DNA of 64,000 nucleotides from Balanoglossus misakiensis (Eukaryota; Animalia; Hemichordata). The notes under the pieces are model-generated. The model saw nothing but the letters and a program-made list of their open reading frames with translations. It searched no databases and was not told the origin of the DNA. The first letter of the stretch is position 1. Each line of letters starts with the position of its first letter. The stretch is from positions 4,190,760-4,254,759 of the forward strand of contig CM082576.2 in NCBI GenBank assembly GCA_040954595.2, written 5' to 3'. Shown in pieces: positions 26,601 to 39,900 of this stretch. Position numbers and translations under genes: made by a program.

Positions 26601-29600
26601 AATTATTGTTTTATCAATTATATAAGACACATTTTCATTACAGACCATGGTGTAGAGTTTGAGCATCAGCTGCTTCTGAAATGAATGAGTTTTTCCCCCC
26701 CAAAATTAAATTGCTGTAAATGTCTTATTTTACTTGCTACCTTGATGGTTAAGATGGCTAGAATAAGAGTGTATATCCAACGACTGACTAATTTGATTGA
26801 TGTCTGTGTTTAGGTGGAAGAACCGGATGATTGGCTGAGGTTTGGAAATGCCTGGGAGAAAGCCCGGCCCGAATACATGATTCCCATCAACTTCTACGGC
26901 AAAGTGGAGAAGAACGATGAAGGCAAAATAAGATGGGTCAACACCCAGGTAATGTTGCGTGAAGTGGGGTCACTTCTGGCATCGGGAGGGATTGTCTTGA
27001 ATACAAATGGTTCACTGTTGATAACGTCATACCTGTTTGTCATAGAGCAGTGGTGTTGATGTTTACATTTCATATTTTTGTAGGTGGTTTTTGCCATGCC
27101 ATATGACACCCCAGTACCAGGTTTTGGCAATAACTGCGTCAACACAATGAGACTGTGGGCAGCTAAGGCTCCAAATAGCTTCCATCTCAGATTCTGTAAG
27201 TACAGGAACAAATTGTGATATGCATGTATTTGCACTGTGGACTGAAAAGCTAAGGGGGAGTCAGCGATTTTTGAATAAAGGTCAAATAAGGGTATATACA
27301 AGCGTACAGCTGAGAGCCAATCATATCAATTATTTCAGTTTTCTTCTCTATGCAATGTATGGCAACAATTTCAAACTTGTAAAACAGGGTATCATAAAGT
27401 GTTTATGACAATAAATATTTTATTATCAGAGACAATTATGTACATTGTTCTCATCAAAATGGTCACAAATGCTTCAGAGACTAACGATATCCTGTGTTGA
27501 CCTGTCTGACCCTCTGACCTTTCACCTCGCTGTCAATGATCTGTCAAAAGGTCATATTACAAGCTGGGCTACACTGTTGAATCACGCAACTACCGGTAAC
27601 TAAAATATGCCATGCTGGCCACTGAAATAATTGCCATGTCTTTGAAATACAGTCTCGTCTTTCAGTGTTTTTCACTTCGTATTTTTTGACATTTATTTTG
27701 CAGTCAATGATGGTGACTATATCCAGGCTGTCTGCGATAGAAACATTGCTGAAAACATCTCCCGTGTTTTGTATCCGAATGATAATGTAAGTTCACCACC
27801 AGAGGTTATAAAAAGCAGCTGCTAACTATTCTTGTGCTTACACATTGCTACTCAGAGATGTCATTTCATATGCCTCAATGATTTCTGTGGTGGTTATAAT
27901 GGATTTCGTTCAACTTGAGTGAATTTCAGTGATCGGAGAATCAGACTCAATCACGTTGATTTTGAGATACCAGCATCACTGAACGCACACGCACATAAAA
28001 CTTTCATGCACCTTCAGACTTCTGATGTACTGTATTGACAGAGATTCATTTTTAAATTGACAGTTCTTTGAAGGCAAGGAGCTTCGTCTGAAGCAGCAGT
28101 ACTTTATGGTGGCCGCTACTCTGCAAGACATCATCCGACGTTTCAAGTCTTCCAGGTTTGGTTGCCGTGATCCAGTCAGAACATCTTTTGATACCTTCCC
28201 CAACAAGGTAAGAATGACAAAAAAATCAGAAACCAGCTTCGCAATTATTGCAATGATGCATCTATTATGTCTGGAACTCACTCTTGCACTCTTGTGGAGT
28301 GAATTTTGCAGCCACACTATTGTGTTTTCCGGTTTGCCAATGTTCCTTCCACTTTTGCCGTTTTCCAGGTTGCGATCCAGCTGAACGACACCCATCCATC
28401 ATTGGCTATTCCGGAACTGATGAGAATCCTGGTTGACATCGAGGGTCTGACCTGGGACCAGGTACATGTAAATCTGAAATGATTTGGTGTGTATACTTAA
28501 CATTACAAGCATCTACATGAAGAGTCCTAGCGACTAATGATTCAGTGTGTTTCAGTATGGACAGGACAACAGTAAAATATCTGGATTCCCACAAAGAAAA
28601 ATGCTCTTTTGGTGTTGTAGATGTCAGCATTTATTCACTTATGTTCCTGTACGTTTCATATTCTTCCCAGGCTTGGGACATCACTCAAAGATCATGTGCT
28701 TACACCAACCACACACTGTTGCCCGAAGCTCTGGAGAGATGGCCAGTCGCTATGTTGGAAAACCTGTTGCCAAGACACCTGCAGATCATCTATGAGATCA
28801 ACTCCAAATTCATGGAGGTGAGGTTTTTGTGGTTGTGTTTGATGTGACGCAACATGGAGAGCAAAAGCTGTGAATTTTTATTGTCCAGGGTCGTAAGTTG
28901 ATGCTAATTTGTAATAATGTTTATCTTTTTGTCAATTTTAGACAGTGTCAATTAAATATCCTGGTGATTTTACTCGTATGGGTCGCATGTCATTGGTGGA
29001 AGAGATGCCTGAGAAGCGAATCAATATGGCTCACCTGGCCATTGTGGGATCGCATGTCATCAATGGTGTGGCTCGCATCCATTCGGACTTGCTCAAGTCA
29101 ACAGTGTAAGTGTCAGCTTTGTGGATATCCTAATGAGATTTTGAAAATAATTTTGAAAACTCTGATGAAAGATCGAGTTTACATTCAAATCAAATTTCTT
29201 GTTGTGAGGGAATCAGAAATCTGAAAACTATTTCGTTTTCATTTTGTACCAATACCATTCTGACACCAAAATATGTCATTGGTGTAAATCAGAAAAGTGT
29301 TTGACTCCATCAACAAAGACATCAGTGTTCAAGTTCACCTTGCATTTCAGGTTCAAGGACTTCTACGAGATGTTCCCTGACAAGTTCCAGAACAAAACTA
29401 ACGGAATAACTCCACGTCGTTGGATGGTGCTGTGTAACCCAAGCCTTGCAGATGCAGTCTGTGATGTGAGTGTTATGTTAAAGTTTCAAACTGTATCCAA
29501 ATGAGCTGAACATGGTCAAAAATAAAAGATGTTTGGTGTTCCTTCAATGTATGATTTCCTCTGTGAGATTTGTTTGACCAGCAGTATTTGTGTTTGATTT

Positions 29601-31458
29601 CAGAAAATTGGAGACAAATTTATCACTGATCTGAGAATGCTGCGCGATTTGGAACCATTCTCCAATGACATGGCACTTCTGAGGAACATTCAGAAGGTGA
29701 AACAGGTGAGTTACAGGCATCAGTGTACTGTCATGTGATTCTTGTTAGAAATCATGTGATGTGCATGTGATGCCCATGTGGTCTTCTTCTGACATTGTGT
29801 TACAAGCAAGCTGGAGATGATCGCACATGCAGTCATGCATATGTATACTTCACAGTAGAAAGTACCTAGAATGTTTTTTTATTGCGAGCAGTGTATGATA
29901 CCAGACATCAGAGTTGATAAACCCCATTTGATTTGACCCAGAGTGTTTCAGTGTCACATGATGCAGATTGACATTTCCTATCTCCTGTGCAGGAAAACAA
30001 GATGAAACTAGCCAGTTACATTGAGAAAACCATGAACATCACAGTGGACCCTACATCCATGTTTGATGTCCAAGTCAAAAGAATCCATGAATACAAGAGA
30101 CAATTGCTCAATTGCCTCCACGTCATAACCCTGTACAACCGTAAGTCTGATTGGTCATTTCTGTGACCCCTCTGTAAATATTGAGTACATTGGCGCCTTT
30201 AAAGCCAAGAACAGAAAAAATTAGAGTGAAGTCATCAGTATGAAATTTTTCTCTTTTTTTTTTTTTATGTAACAACAGGCCTGAAGAAGAACCCGAACAT
30301 GCCATTCGTTGCCCGCACAGTTATGATCGGCGGGAAAGCTGCCCCGGGATACTTCATCGCGAAGAAGATCATTCACCTGATCAATGCTGTGGCACGAGTC
30401 ATCAACAACGATCCCATCATCGGGAAGAAACTCAAAGTGATCTACCTGGAGAACTACCGAGTGTCTCTGGCGGAGAAGGTCATCCCCGCCACCGATCTGT
30501 CGGAGCAGATCTCGCTGGCCGGCACTGAAGCGTCTGGCACCGGTAACATGAAGTTCATGTTGAACGGTGCCCTCACAATCGGAACGCTTGATGGCGCTAA
30601 TGTGGAGATGCAAGAGGAAGTGGGCGAGGACAACATCTTCATCTTTGGCATGACCGTGGATGGAGTCAATGAGCTGATGAAAAAGGGGTAAGAGTTTGCT
30701 TTGTGTGGATGTATGGCAAAAATCATTTACATGTATGATATAAGATTTGTGGTGTACTAGAACAGCTGTTTACAAATGAACAGGACAATTGATAGATTAC
30801 ATTTCCAATGGTAGATACACTCCAAAGGACTACTATGACAAGAATGCAGAACTGAAGCAAGCTGTGGACCAGATCAAAGGTGGCTATTTCTCCCCATGGG
30901 ATCAGTACTGTTTCAAGGAGGTGGCTGATACACTCTTGTTCCATGACAGGTAAGTGCATCCACATACATTTGATCTTATTCGATTTGAAACATAAAACTG
31001 CCAGTTTTTAACCTTTCCATACCTGTTTCTAAAAGGGGTTCTCTCTTGACTATGACTCACATGTCGAATCATCTTTAAATTTTTATTGTAGATTTTGCCT
31101 GATGGCAGATTACGAAGAATACATCAAATGCCAAGACAGAGTTAGTAATCTGTACAAGGTAAGTCCATTCCAAATAATCCATAGTGTTATGGCTGCATGT
31201 AGTTTTCTCAGTGTGTTTTCTGCCTGTTTGAACTGGCGTACATGTACTTAAATGTTTGAGTAATGTCTGTTTTTTTAGGATCCCGTGGCCTGGAGTAGAA
31301 TGTGCCTGCTGAACATCGCTGCGTCTGGAAAGTTCTCCAGCGACCGCACGATTGAAGAATACGCCAAGGACATCTGGGGCGTGGAACCCACTCGCAGCAA
31401 ACTCCCAGCACCCCACGAAGTACCAGTCATCTCAAGTGACGACAAGAAGAAGAAATAA
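20646..31458 (+). CDS. PYG: Glycogen phosphorylase (PYGL/PYGM/PYGB co-ortholog), 18 exons, about 854 aa
   Basis: Exons 20646-20891, 23834-23935, 25354-25432, 25875-25978, 26814-26948, 27084-27195, 27704-27786, 28064-28207, 28369-28461, 28671-28817, 28942-29105, 29351-29465, 29604-29705, 29993-30140, 30279-30687, 30815-30949, 31092-31158, 31279-31458 (2565 nt). Motifs: phosphorylase-kinase site [42 protein letters not shown]-lysine motif [19 protein letters not shown]. Confidence 0.97.
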
Positions 31459-33943
31459 AGCAATGGTCGTAGACTCTGTAAAATATGTAAATGTACCGAA
31501 GCAACTCAAAAGTTTTTTGCTGTATACGAAAAAAACACCCTGCCTCATGATTCTCAAAAGTACCACGTAGTGAAAGAAAATTTCAGCCAGTGTAAATTAT
31601 ACTTGGAGAAACAACAATCCATATAGCACAGTTTAGAGTTCCAGATATTGAATGTGTGTGCTTCTGTATTGAGGATGGGGCATTTATATCTGAAATATTT
31701 AGCACAGTATTTTCATTTTGGTTTCAAGTTGCAGCAAAGATGGCAGTCTAGTTATCAACTCATTTTAGTTTTGTCCAGTGTTTGGAATTTGCATTGAGCC
31801 TTCTCAGATTCGCGAAATGTTGGCCCAAAATTAAAAGTGGAATGAATGTTTTGTTAGAGGACAGGACTGGTTTAATTAAAATGTCCTGACGTGTGTGGTT
31901 GGTAACAAACAGCATTAAAAAAACTCTACAGAGAGCTAGAGACACATTTAGTAATACAAATGTGATAATAATATTGTCTGGAAATCAGTCAGTTTCCTCT
32001 GTTGTGTATAATTTAATCATATTTCAGCTTGGCTGATTTAATAAAATCTGAAGGGGGCATCTGTACAGAAACTAAGACAGGCACTGGATATTTATTCATT
32101 TTTGTATCAATTGATGACATTTTTCTTTTTACAAAAAATAGCAAGTTTTTCTTTTTGGTTTTCAGTTGATGTAGTATTGGAGTTTTCAATACATTTTGAT
32201 AAACTTGAATCAGTAGCATGCTGTGTGTGTCCTCTTGTTGACCAGAATATAAACGGAGAATTTCATCAAATCAGTCTTTAAAAAAACTCACAATATGTAA
32301 AAAATAAAATAGAATTATTTGGTCTTTTATTGAAATCTTAACTTTGGAATTGTTGTGATTTGGTCTGTTATGTGTTGTATTAATAATTGGCAGGTATAAA
32401 AGGCATGAGTTTATAGAAATATCCATTTTCTGTGGTCATTGTGATGATAATAATAACATGGTGCAAAAAATGGTGCAAAGTTTCAAAGATTTGAAAAAAA
32501 AATGTTCCTTATTTCATGCCAGGCAGGCCACCAATCTCAAGAAACTTAATAGTTGTATCGATTGTACTGCCAACTGATTTGCTGATTCATGGAAATGCAT
32601 GCAAATACTACTGTTCCAGTTCCATCATGGATGATTCCTATCGGGAACCAATCAGCTCACAGTTAACATCATCTCTCTGCTTGAAGTTTTATAGTCAGCC
32701 AATCAGCCAACAGATAACATTATCTTGTTACAAGAGTATCGCCCTGTCTGTGCATGCAGGGATAGATCATGTGTGTCAGACAGAAAGAGTTGGGCACTCA
32801 TGATTTTATCTGTCATTCCGTTTTTATCCCCCATCGTGTGTAGCAGACAGTATCTGACAGACATCAGAGTGGAGTCTAATGAAATTCACAGAAATTTGCC
32901 GTGTGCAAATCCCACCACCTGTAAAATCAATAGCAAGTTGCTTTTCTTTGCTGCTGTAAAGTTTAATGATGGACATTTTTTGTGCTAGGATATTATCTAC
33001 CGAGTCAGTCATCATTTGGTGAAATCAGTGTCCATTGCATCAAGGCTTTTGGTGTGTGTTTCACCGTGACAAGATTATTTGGTTATAGCCTTGCATTTTA
33101 GAAAATTTTAAAACCAAGAGTTAAACTGGGCAGCTGAAGGCAAAAGCCATCCACTATTGCAGTGTGGCTACATTAACTTGTAGACTTTGTAGGAAAAAAA
33201 TTGCTTTACACTCTTGAGAGTGCCAAAAAACTTAGAAAGACCTTGCATTGATTGTTATTTCAGTCAAGAAATGGATGGGCTGTTTTGTGGGGTTTTTGTT
33301 TGAGTTGGTAGGTTAAGGACAACTTAACTGTGTGTGCGTGCAACCGGAACTGCACACAGCGGTCTATTAATGTACAGAAAAGGAAACTTCCAACTATAAA
33401 TTCATGGAATCAGAAACAGAATATTTGATGTTTGGATGTCAAATTTCAAACAGCTTATGAAGATTAATAGTAAGTTCTTGTGATGTTATGCACAAAGTAC
33501 TTTTAAAAGTGAGAGATTTCTTGGTTATGTACCGCTTGCTTGCTAAGTTCTCAATAAAAGTGACTTCATTTTGACAACCTCTTGTGTGGAGTGTAATGCT
33601 TTCTACTGGTTCAGTGCTGTTCGAATTATAAATGCAATTTCAAATTGGATATTGTTCCTCTTTCAAAATACTAAAGCTTCACACGGCATGTCACATTCGT
33701 CTTGAAAAAAGCCAAAAATTAACTGTAGAGGGCGCAAATGGTACAACTCCTACAACAAATCTTGACAGGCGAGGAGCAGTTATTCGAGCCGTAGCTTTTT
33801 ATTCCTAATTATTTATTCAGACATTAAAGAAAAAAGGCAGTGTCTTCGCAACATTTGACTCAGAAAGAGGAGTATAAGAGGGCCTGGCCGTGGGGGCGAC
33901 CTCATGATACAAGTAACGCGAGATTAGAGCGAGATTTTATTTT

Positions 33944-33953
33944 AAAAATGGCG
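33944..33953 (+). promoter_or_regulatory. YY1-like motif overlapping the CEBPZ start codon
   Basis: AAAAATGGCG matches the YY1/Kozak-overlapping motif common at housekeeping gene starts. Motif match only. Confidence 0.35.
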
Positions 33954-36900
33954 ACTCCCATGAAGAAGCGTCGCAAAGCCAAAAGTGAGGAGACGTCGAA
34001 GAAGTCCACAAGTGACGAACATGGTGACACTGAAACACCCGGATTGAATTTGGATGATATCAAGGATTTGGGCGGAGACGAGGTTAGTTTTTCATTATTT
34101 CGCCATGGTACACATTCCTCTAAACGAGTTTTCAACCACGTGTTGGCAGTACACATGTAAACAGTCGCATGTGGTACTATGATGCAATTCAGGGTACGTG
34201 TACATATATTTTATGTTGGTTTGGGGAAGGACAAAGCAATGAATGCATGAACAGAAAGTCAACGTCTGTTGGACACTTCAAGTACAACCGACCATCTTCA
34301 TCAATATTGCATCTTCCTCTTTAGGAGGATCTCAAAATGCTTCAAGATCTGACGGATGATGATGAGTTTGAGGATGCAGTGGATAACGATGACCAGGATG
34401 TAGACGAGAAAGCAATCAGAAAGTTCATAAAAAGTCTCGGATTCCAATCAGATCAAAGGTAAGTTGGGATTTGGATGTTCTAGCAAGAGAATAAAGAGAA
34501 ATCGTACAACTTACAAGAAAGTACCATTGCAGATAATAAGGAAGGTGAACATATTAGGTCTTCTTGCCAGTACCCGCAAAAGATAAAACCATCTTCTAAT
34601 CTGTAACAGTGAGGTGATTGGAAATAAAAAGGAACCCTCTGCCAAAACAAGTAAAGACACAAAAAGCAAGTTGGCAGCAGAAACTCCGGACAAGACCAAG
34701 AAGGAGAAGAAGAAAACAAAAGAGACAAAAAGCAAGAAGACTTTGGTACAACATCCTGAAGTGAGCAGTTCAACAATAGTGGACGATAAAGATGAACAGA
34801 AAAAGACGTACCTTGTACAGCCTGGTGGCAAATGGTATGAAAATGAGGTAAGTCTCACAAGGCTTTTTTGACATTTCTGTGATGTACATGTAAGCAGCTT
34901 CAGAATTCTCTCGAGATGTTTGGAGACATTGAAGGTCTACTGTTGTGGACGAAATCAGGTGTTACCGCTTAACATGATCATTATTCAGGTCCAAAAATTT
35001 ACTTTCTGTGTATCAATTTCGACCACATTTGACTCGTTCATTTCTAATCCACCAAACAGTTTTCATCTGATCCCATTGTATCAACGTCTCAAGATGCTGA
35101 CACAGTGAAGAAGTACCAACAGAAAGCCGTCAAACTGTTTCAAGATGAGACGGCGCTGTACTCAGAGAGTGAGTGTACATTGCTTTCTAAATTATATTAT
35201 CATTTACTAACTATCTTTAATTCAGTAGTTTTTGTTTTTGTAGAGTTATAGAGACATTTCACACTCTGTGAAGGTGTGTTTTGATTGAAAAATGCACTGA
35301 TAATATGATTCACAGAAAAATCGGGCGAGAGCAGTTCCAGTGGTAGTTGGATGCAAACTGTCCTGACGTCTGGAACTCTGGGAGACAAGATGGCCGCCCT
35401 CACAGTGATGATTCAGGATAGCAGCGTGCACAGTTTTGGCAGGTTGGAGACCCTGATCGCTATGACAAAGAAGAAAGGCAAGAGGGAAGCAATCATGGCT
35501 ATGGAGACGCTGAAAGATTTGTGGTTGTCGCAGCTGCTGCCAGAGAATAGAAAACTGAGGGTATTTTCACAGGTAGCAACGTCGCTTCTTCTATAATGTC
35601 AACATGCCCCCTCATATTGTTTTTGACCCCACTATACCAGATTGCATGGTATCCATGAATCATGACCTGTTATAAACACAGCAATTTTGATGATTGAACC
35701 ATTATTTGCAGCATCCTTTTGATCAGCTGGACAATCTAAGCGGAGGAAGTAAATCTAGAAATAAGAGGTTGCTGTTGTGGTATTTTGAGGACCAGTTGAA
35801 GAAAAAATACGAAGAGTATTTACAAGCTGTGAAGGTGAGGAATGAATTTGTTGACATTTGTGTGTGAATAGGTTACTGTATTTTCAAACTTAGGTTAGCT
35901 TCTTGGTTCCTATAAGAGACTGGTTTTATCAAGACACAGGTGTAGCAATTGAACTTCAGAAATCATACCAGCTACAGTACTAGAAAATATTCTCAGAAAT
36001 GAGTCTCAGTTGATATTCCACGATGATATTATAATGTTGCAACAAAACTGAATCCAGTCACTTGTCTCTATTTTTACAGGTTTTGTCACATGACACAGTG
36101 TCGGCTGTGAAGACTAAAGCTATAAGTACAGTGTATCATCTGCTGGTCAATACACCGGAACAAGAAAAAGTGAGTGCAAAAAACAGCGTGGTGTTCTCAA
36201 ACCAAAGAATATGATTTGAATTTTGACTTCATGTATCCACTTTGTGTGAGTCTTTATGTATGGCAAATGCAACCAGATTCAAAGCCTATTGGTTTAACTT
36301 CTTGACTTGTGTTGAGTTAGCTGTTAGAGTGAGATATTTAACCTGGCATTCCCACCTTCAAATTTATTTGCATCTTGTATTTTTCAGTTTCTTTTGACAG
36401 AACTTGTGAATAAGGTCGGTGACCCTGACCGTAAAATAGCAGCTAAGGTTTCACATCTCCTGGGTAAAATGGGTAAGAATTTTGGATATTGCCTAAAGTT
36501 CACAAATAATCATCAAGAATGGTTGTACCTACAAATGGAAAAAATCCGAACATTTCATATGGAAATAAGAATTTTCAGATTTGATAATTCAAAACAGAAG
36601 CTAAAAAGATTCATTTATTTTTATAAACAAAGTACAAAAGATTGAAATACCGTTTTGTTATCTGTATTAATTCATGTTTCAGTTGAGATACATCCTCAGA
36701 TGAAAGTGATCGTGGCATCAGAGGTGGAAAGAATGTTGTACAGGCCAAACGTGGGTGCAAAAGCTCAGTAAGTATAGTGAGAATACAAGAAGGAAAGCTT
36801 ACGACTGTGATAATTTATCCAAGAAACACAACTGACATATACGTGTATCTGCACTAATGTCCCTGAATTTTGTGGTCATTTTTATGCAAATTTTCTACTG

Positions 36901-39900
36901 TGTGGACTTGGTATCATCATGTTACCCCTTTCACCACCTTGGTTTGATCCAACCCCATTGTTTTCAATAGCGATGCTGGACCTTTATACAGGGAAATGGG
37001 GATGAAAGGTCTAAGTGCAGCTTTGTGTTATTTGCCTTTTTTTGTCTACAGATACTATGGCATCTGTTACTTGAACCAGTTTGTGTTGAGTCATGATGAA
37101 CCTGAGTTAGCTGCCAGACTGATTACAATCTATTTTTCATTCTTTCGGGTGAGTGGTATTAATAATCACAACTTTGAGATATGTTGAAACTCTGATGAAG
37201 TGTTGATTTTTCAAGAAGTTGTTTCCAGCACATGCCCTCATGCAGTGATTTTGTGATATTTATTTTTCCGGCCAGGCATTTGCAAAGAAGAAAGAAGTTG
37301 ACGGCAAAATGTTGAGTGCGTTGTTAACTGGAGTGAACAGAGCTTACCCCTATGCGAAAGGTATGTGATGGTAATTTTAAAATCTGTTCTCCACATGAGT
37401 AAAGTCAGAAATAAGTTCAAACCGTATGGAAATTTTTGATGTGACATAGTCATCAATACAACACAAATTAACCTTAGATTTGAAACCAGACTGGGACATT
37501 ATTTGTGGTCTCACCACTTTTTTTTTCATTGCAGTAAATGATGACAGTATAAATGAACAGATGGATACTATATTCCGAGTGATTCATATTGCACCATTCA
37601 ACACTGGTGTACAGGCGTTGATGTTGCTTTATCAAGTCATGGATGCCAGGTAGGAATACATGTATATGCGAAGTTGTGTGTTAAATATCACTGACTAACA
37701 TATCCAAGTCAAATAGTGTCTGAGCTTCACTAACACCAAATAAGTACCGAATTTTATAGAAAAATATCTGCCCCCATTTCTCTTATTCTTCTGTGCCAGT
37801 GAACTGTATACAGAATTGAAGAAGTTCGTCCACGTCACGTTCACATTTAATAGTTAGCTTATCAGTTACTCGAAGCTAATCCACCCATAATTCTACCATT
37901 TTTACTGCTAAAACCAGTTTACTTTTTAATGGATTTTTCTTTTGTGTACCTGATGTGAACTTCTTACCCCTTAAGTCAATTTGGATCTTTTGTGTCTGAG
38001 CCAGTAGGTTTTTCATTCACCAACCTGCATGCACAGTCGGTTTGTGTGGAATATTTGTATTCCTGATTTTCCATCCGGTCAGGATACAGTGCTTTGGCAG
38101 GAGCCAGAGTTTCTCTGTCGGCAATCACACATCAGTCCGTCTGATCCCATGGATACCACCCGGTGTTGACATGTATTTACAGATGTCTTGTCCACGTTCT
38201 TAATCGTCTTCAGAACAAGACGACACAACACCGCCAGTTTGATCTTTTGCGTTCGTAGCCTGGGGGGAAGAAGGTGTCTTTGTGCGGTTGACTCGGGGGA
38301 TAATCATTTGTATTTCTGTGAATATCAGATGTTGTGGCCTGACACCATGCTCTTTGTATAGCCCTGAAGAATTGCCTGGTTTTAAAATGGCACTCATTGC
38401 CAGATATGGCGTCTCTTCTGTGCCTTACTGAATCAAATGCTTTCTAATGTACAATAAGATTAAAGACCTGTGAATTGTAACCACAGAATCAGAAAATTGA
38501 CACACAGACTCCAATCATGAGTGCAGGACAGTACATTTTCCCCATTGTAAGCATGAAATTTCCGTTGACTGTGCAGTTGAGAAATATGGAAAACACGGCC
38601 TTCAATACCCACTGGCAATGGATGAGCACAGAGTGGCATATTGTAATGTAGCAGCATTTGTATGTCAGATAGCTTCTTTCTAAGTGAATTTAGGTCAGTT
38701 GACCTCTCAGGAGTGTCTGTCTCCGTAATTTTGTGTAAGACCTGTCTGTAACACCTGCCTCGCGGTGAGAGTCTCAACTCTGGATTTATGGCTGGGCACT
38801 CGTTGAAGGTAGTATCAAAGGTTTTTAAAAGGTTTGGTAAATCCTGCTCTGATCTTCCAAGTGAAAATGTTTGACTGTCTCGTTCTGTCTCTTGAGATTA
38901 GCGAGTATTGTGGAGGTGAATCCGTGGGGAGATTGTGTGGTTTGCATGCTGTGACCCTTTTACCCCCGTTTCCCAGTGTACAGGTCCAACCACATGACCA
39001 AAGCAAGGTTGTGTAAAGCGCCCCCTTGTGGCAACATCCAGTAAACAAGGGCTTCATGATTTTCTGTTCCTTCCCCAGTACAGAGTCTCATTTCAAAGTA
39101 TAAGTTGACTATGCAAGCCAGAGATATTTCTAAGCCACAACATGGTCACAGGAAGCATAAGATTTTGTGTTCATTCATTTGCAGGCAGGCAATGTCTGAT
39201 AGATTCTACATGGCACTCTACAAGAAGCTGACTGATCCTGAACTGAAGAACTCCCCCAGGCAACCAATGTTTCTAAATCTACTGTTTAAATCCCTGAAAG
39301 CTGACGTGGTCTTTAAGAGAATCAAAGTTAGTATTTTTGTTACCAAAGAATTCGGTAGACTCCAGATCTGAGATGCAATATAAATGCAAGATAGAGAAAA
39401 AAAAACCTGTCGGCTTTTAGAGCAAACTGTCTCAGGTTTTTGATTCTACCGAAGGTCACAAGGCCACAAATTATCATACAAGAGTGAAAATGACATGTCT
39501 GATGCCTTATAGAAAAGCCCTAGCGCTAAATACTCAAGTCTTCTGTCTCTATCATGTGTAGTAGCCAAAAGTAAATTTTGTGTGATAGCAAAGTCCAGCA
39601 CTGACATGCGTGGAAAAAAATTCAAGTAGACTAATGGCTCCCTCTAAAACAGACCATTTGCAATGGAAGGTGACACTTAGCTCACATTTATTCATAAAAT
39701 ATTACCCCAGACCAGTGAACCACTGAAGATTGGAACTATTAGCAAATTGGCTTTGTATCTGCAGAGTGTTAGAGAAACAGTTAAGATATAAATCAGCAAT
39801 GCATGACTAGCAACACGGTTCTGATTAATTAAAAGAAAAAAAAAACACTTCTCCACGGCAGGCATTCATCAAACGACTTCTGCAGATCTGCAGTTGTCAC

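Noticed and set aside
27500-27600. Possible mutually exclusive duplicate of PYG exon 7 (begins tcaatgat)
   Set aside because: It is preceded by TG rather than AG, and similarity ends after 8 nt.
34459-34609. Coding-looking CEBPZ intron 2 (possible retention)
   Set aside because: Retention gives an immediate in-frame TAA, and its 151 nt would shift the frame.
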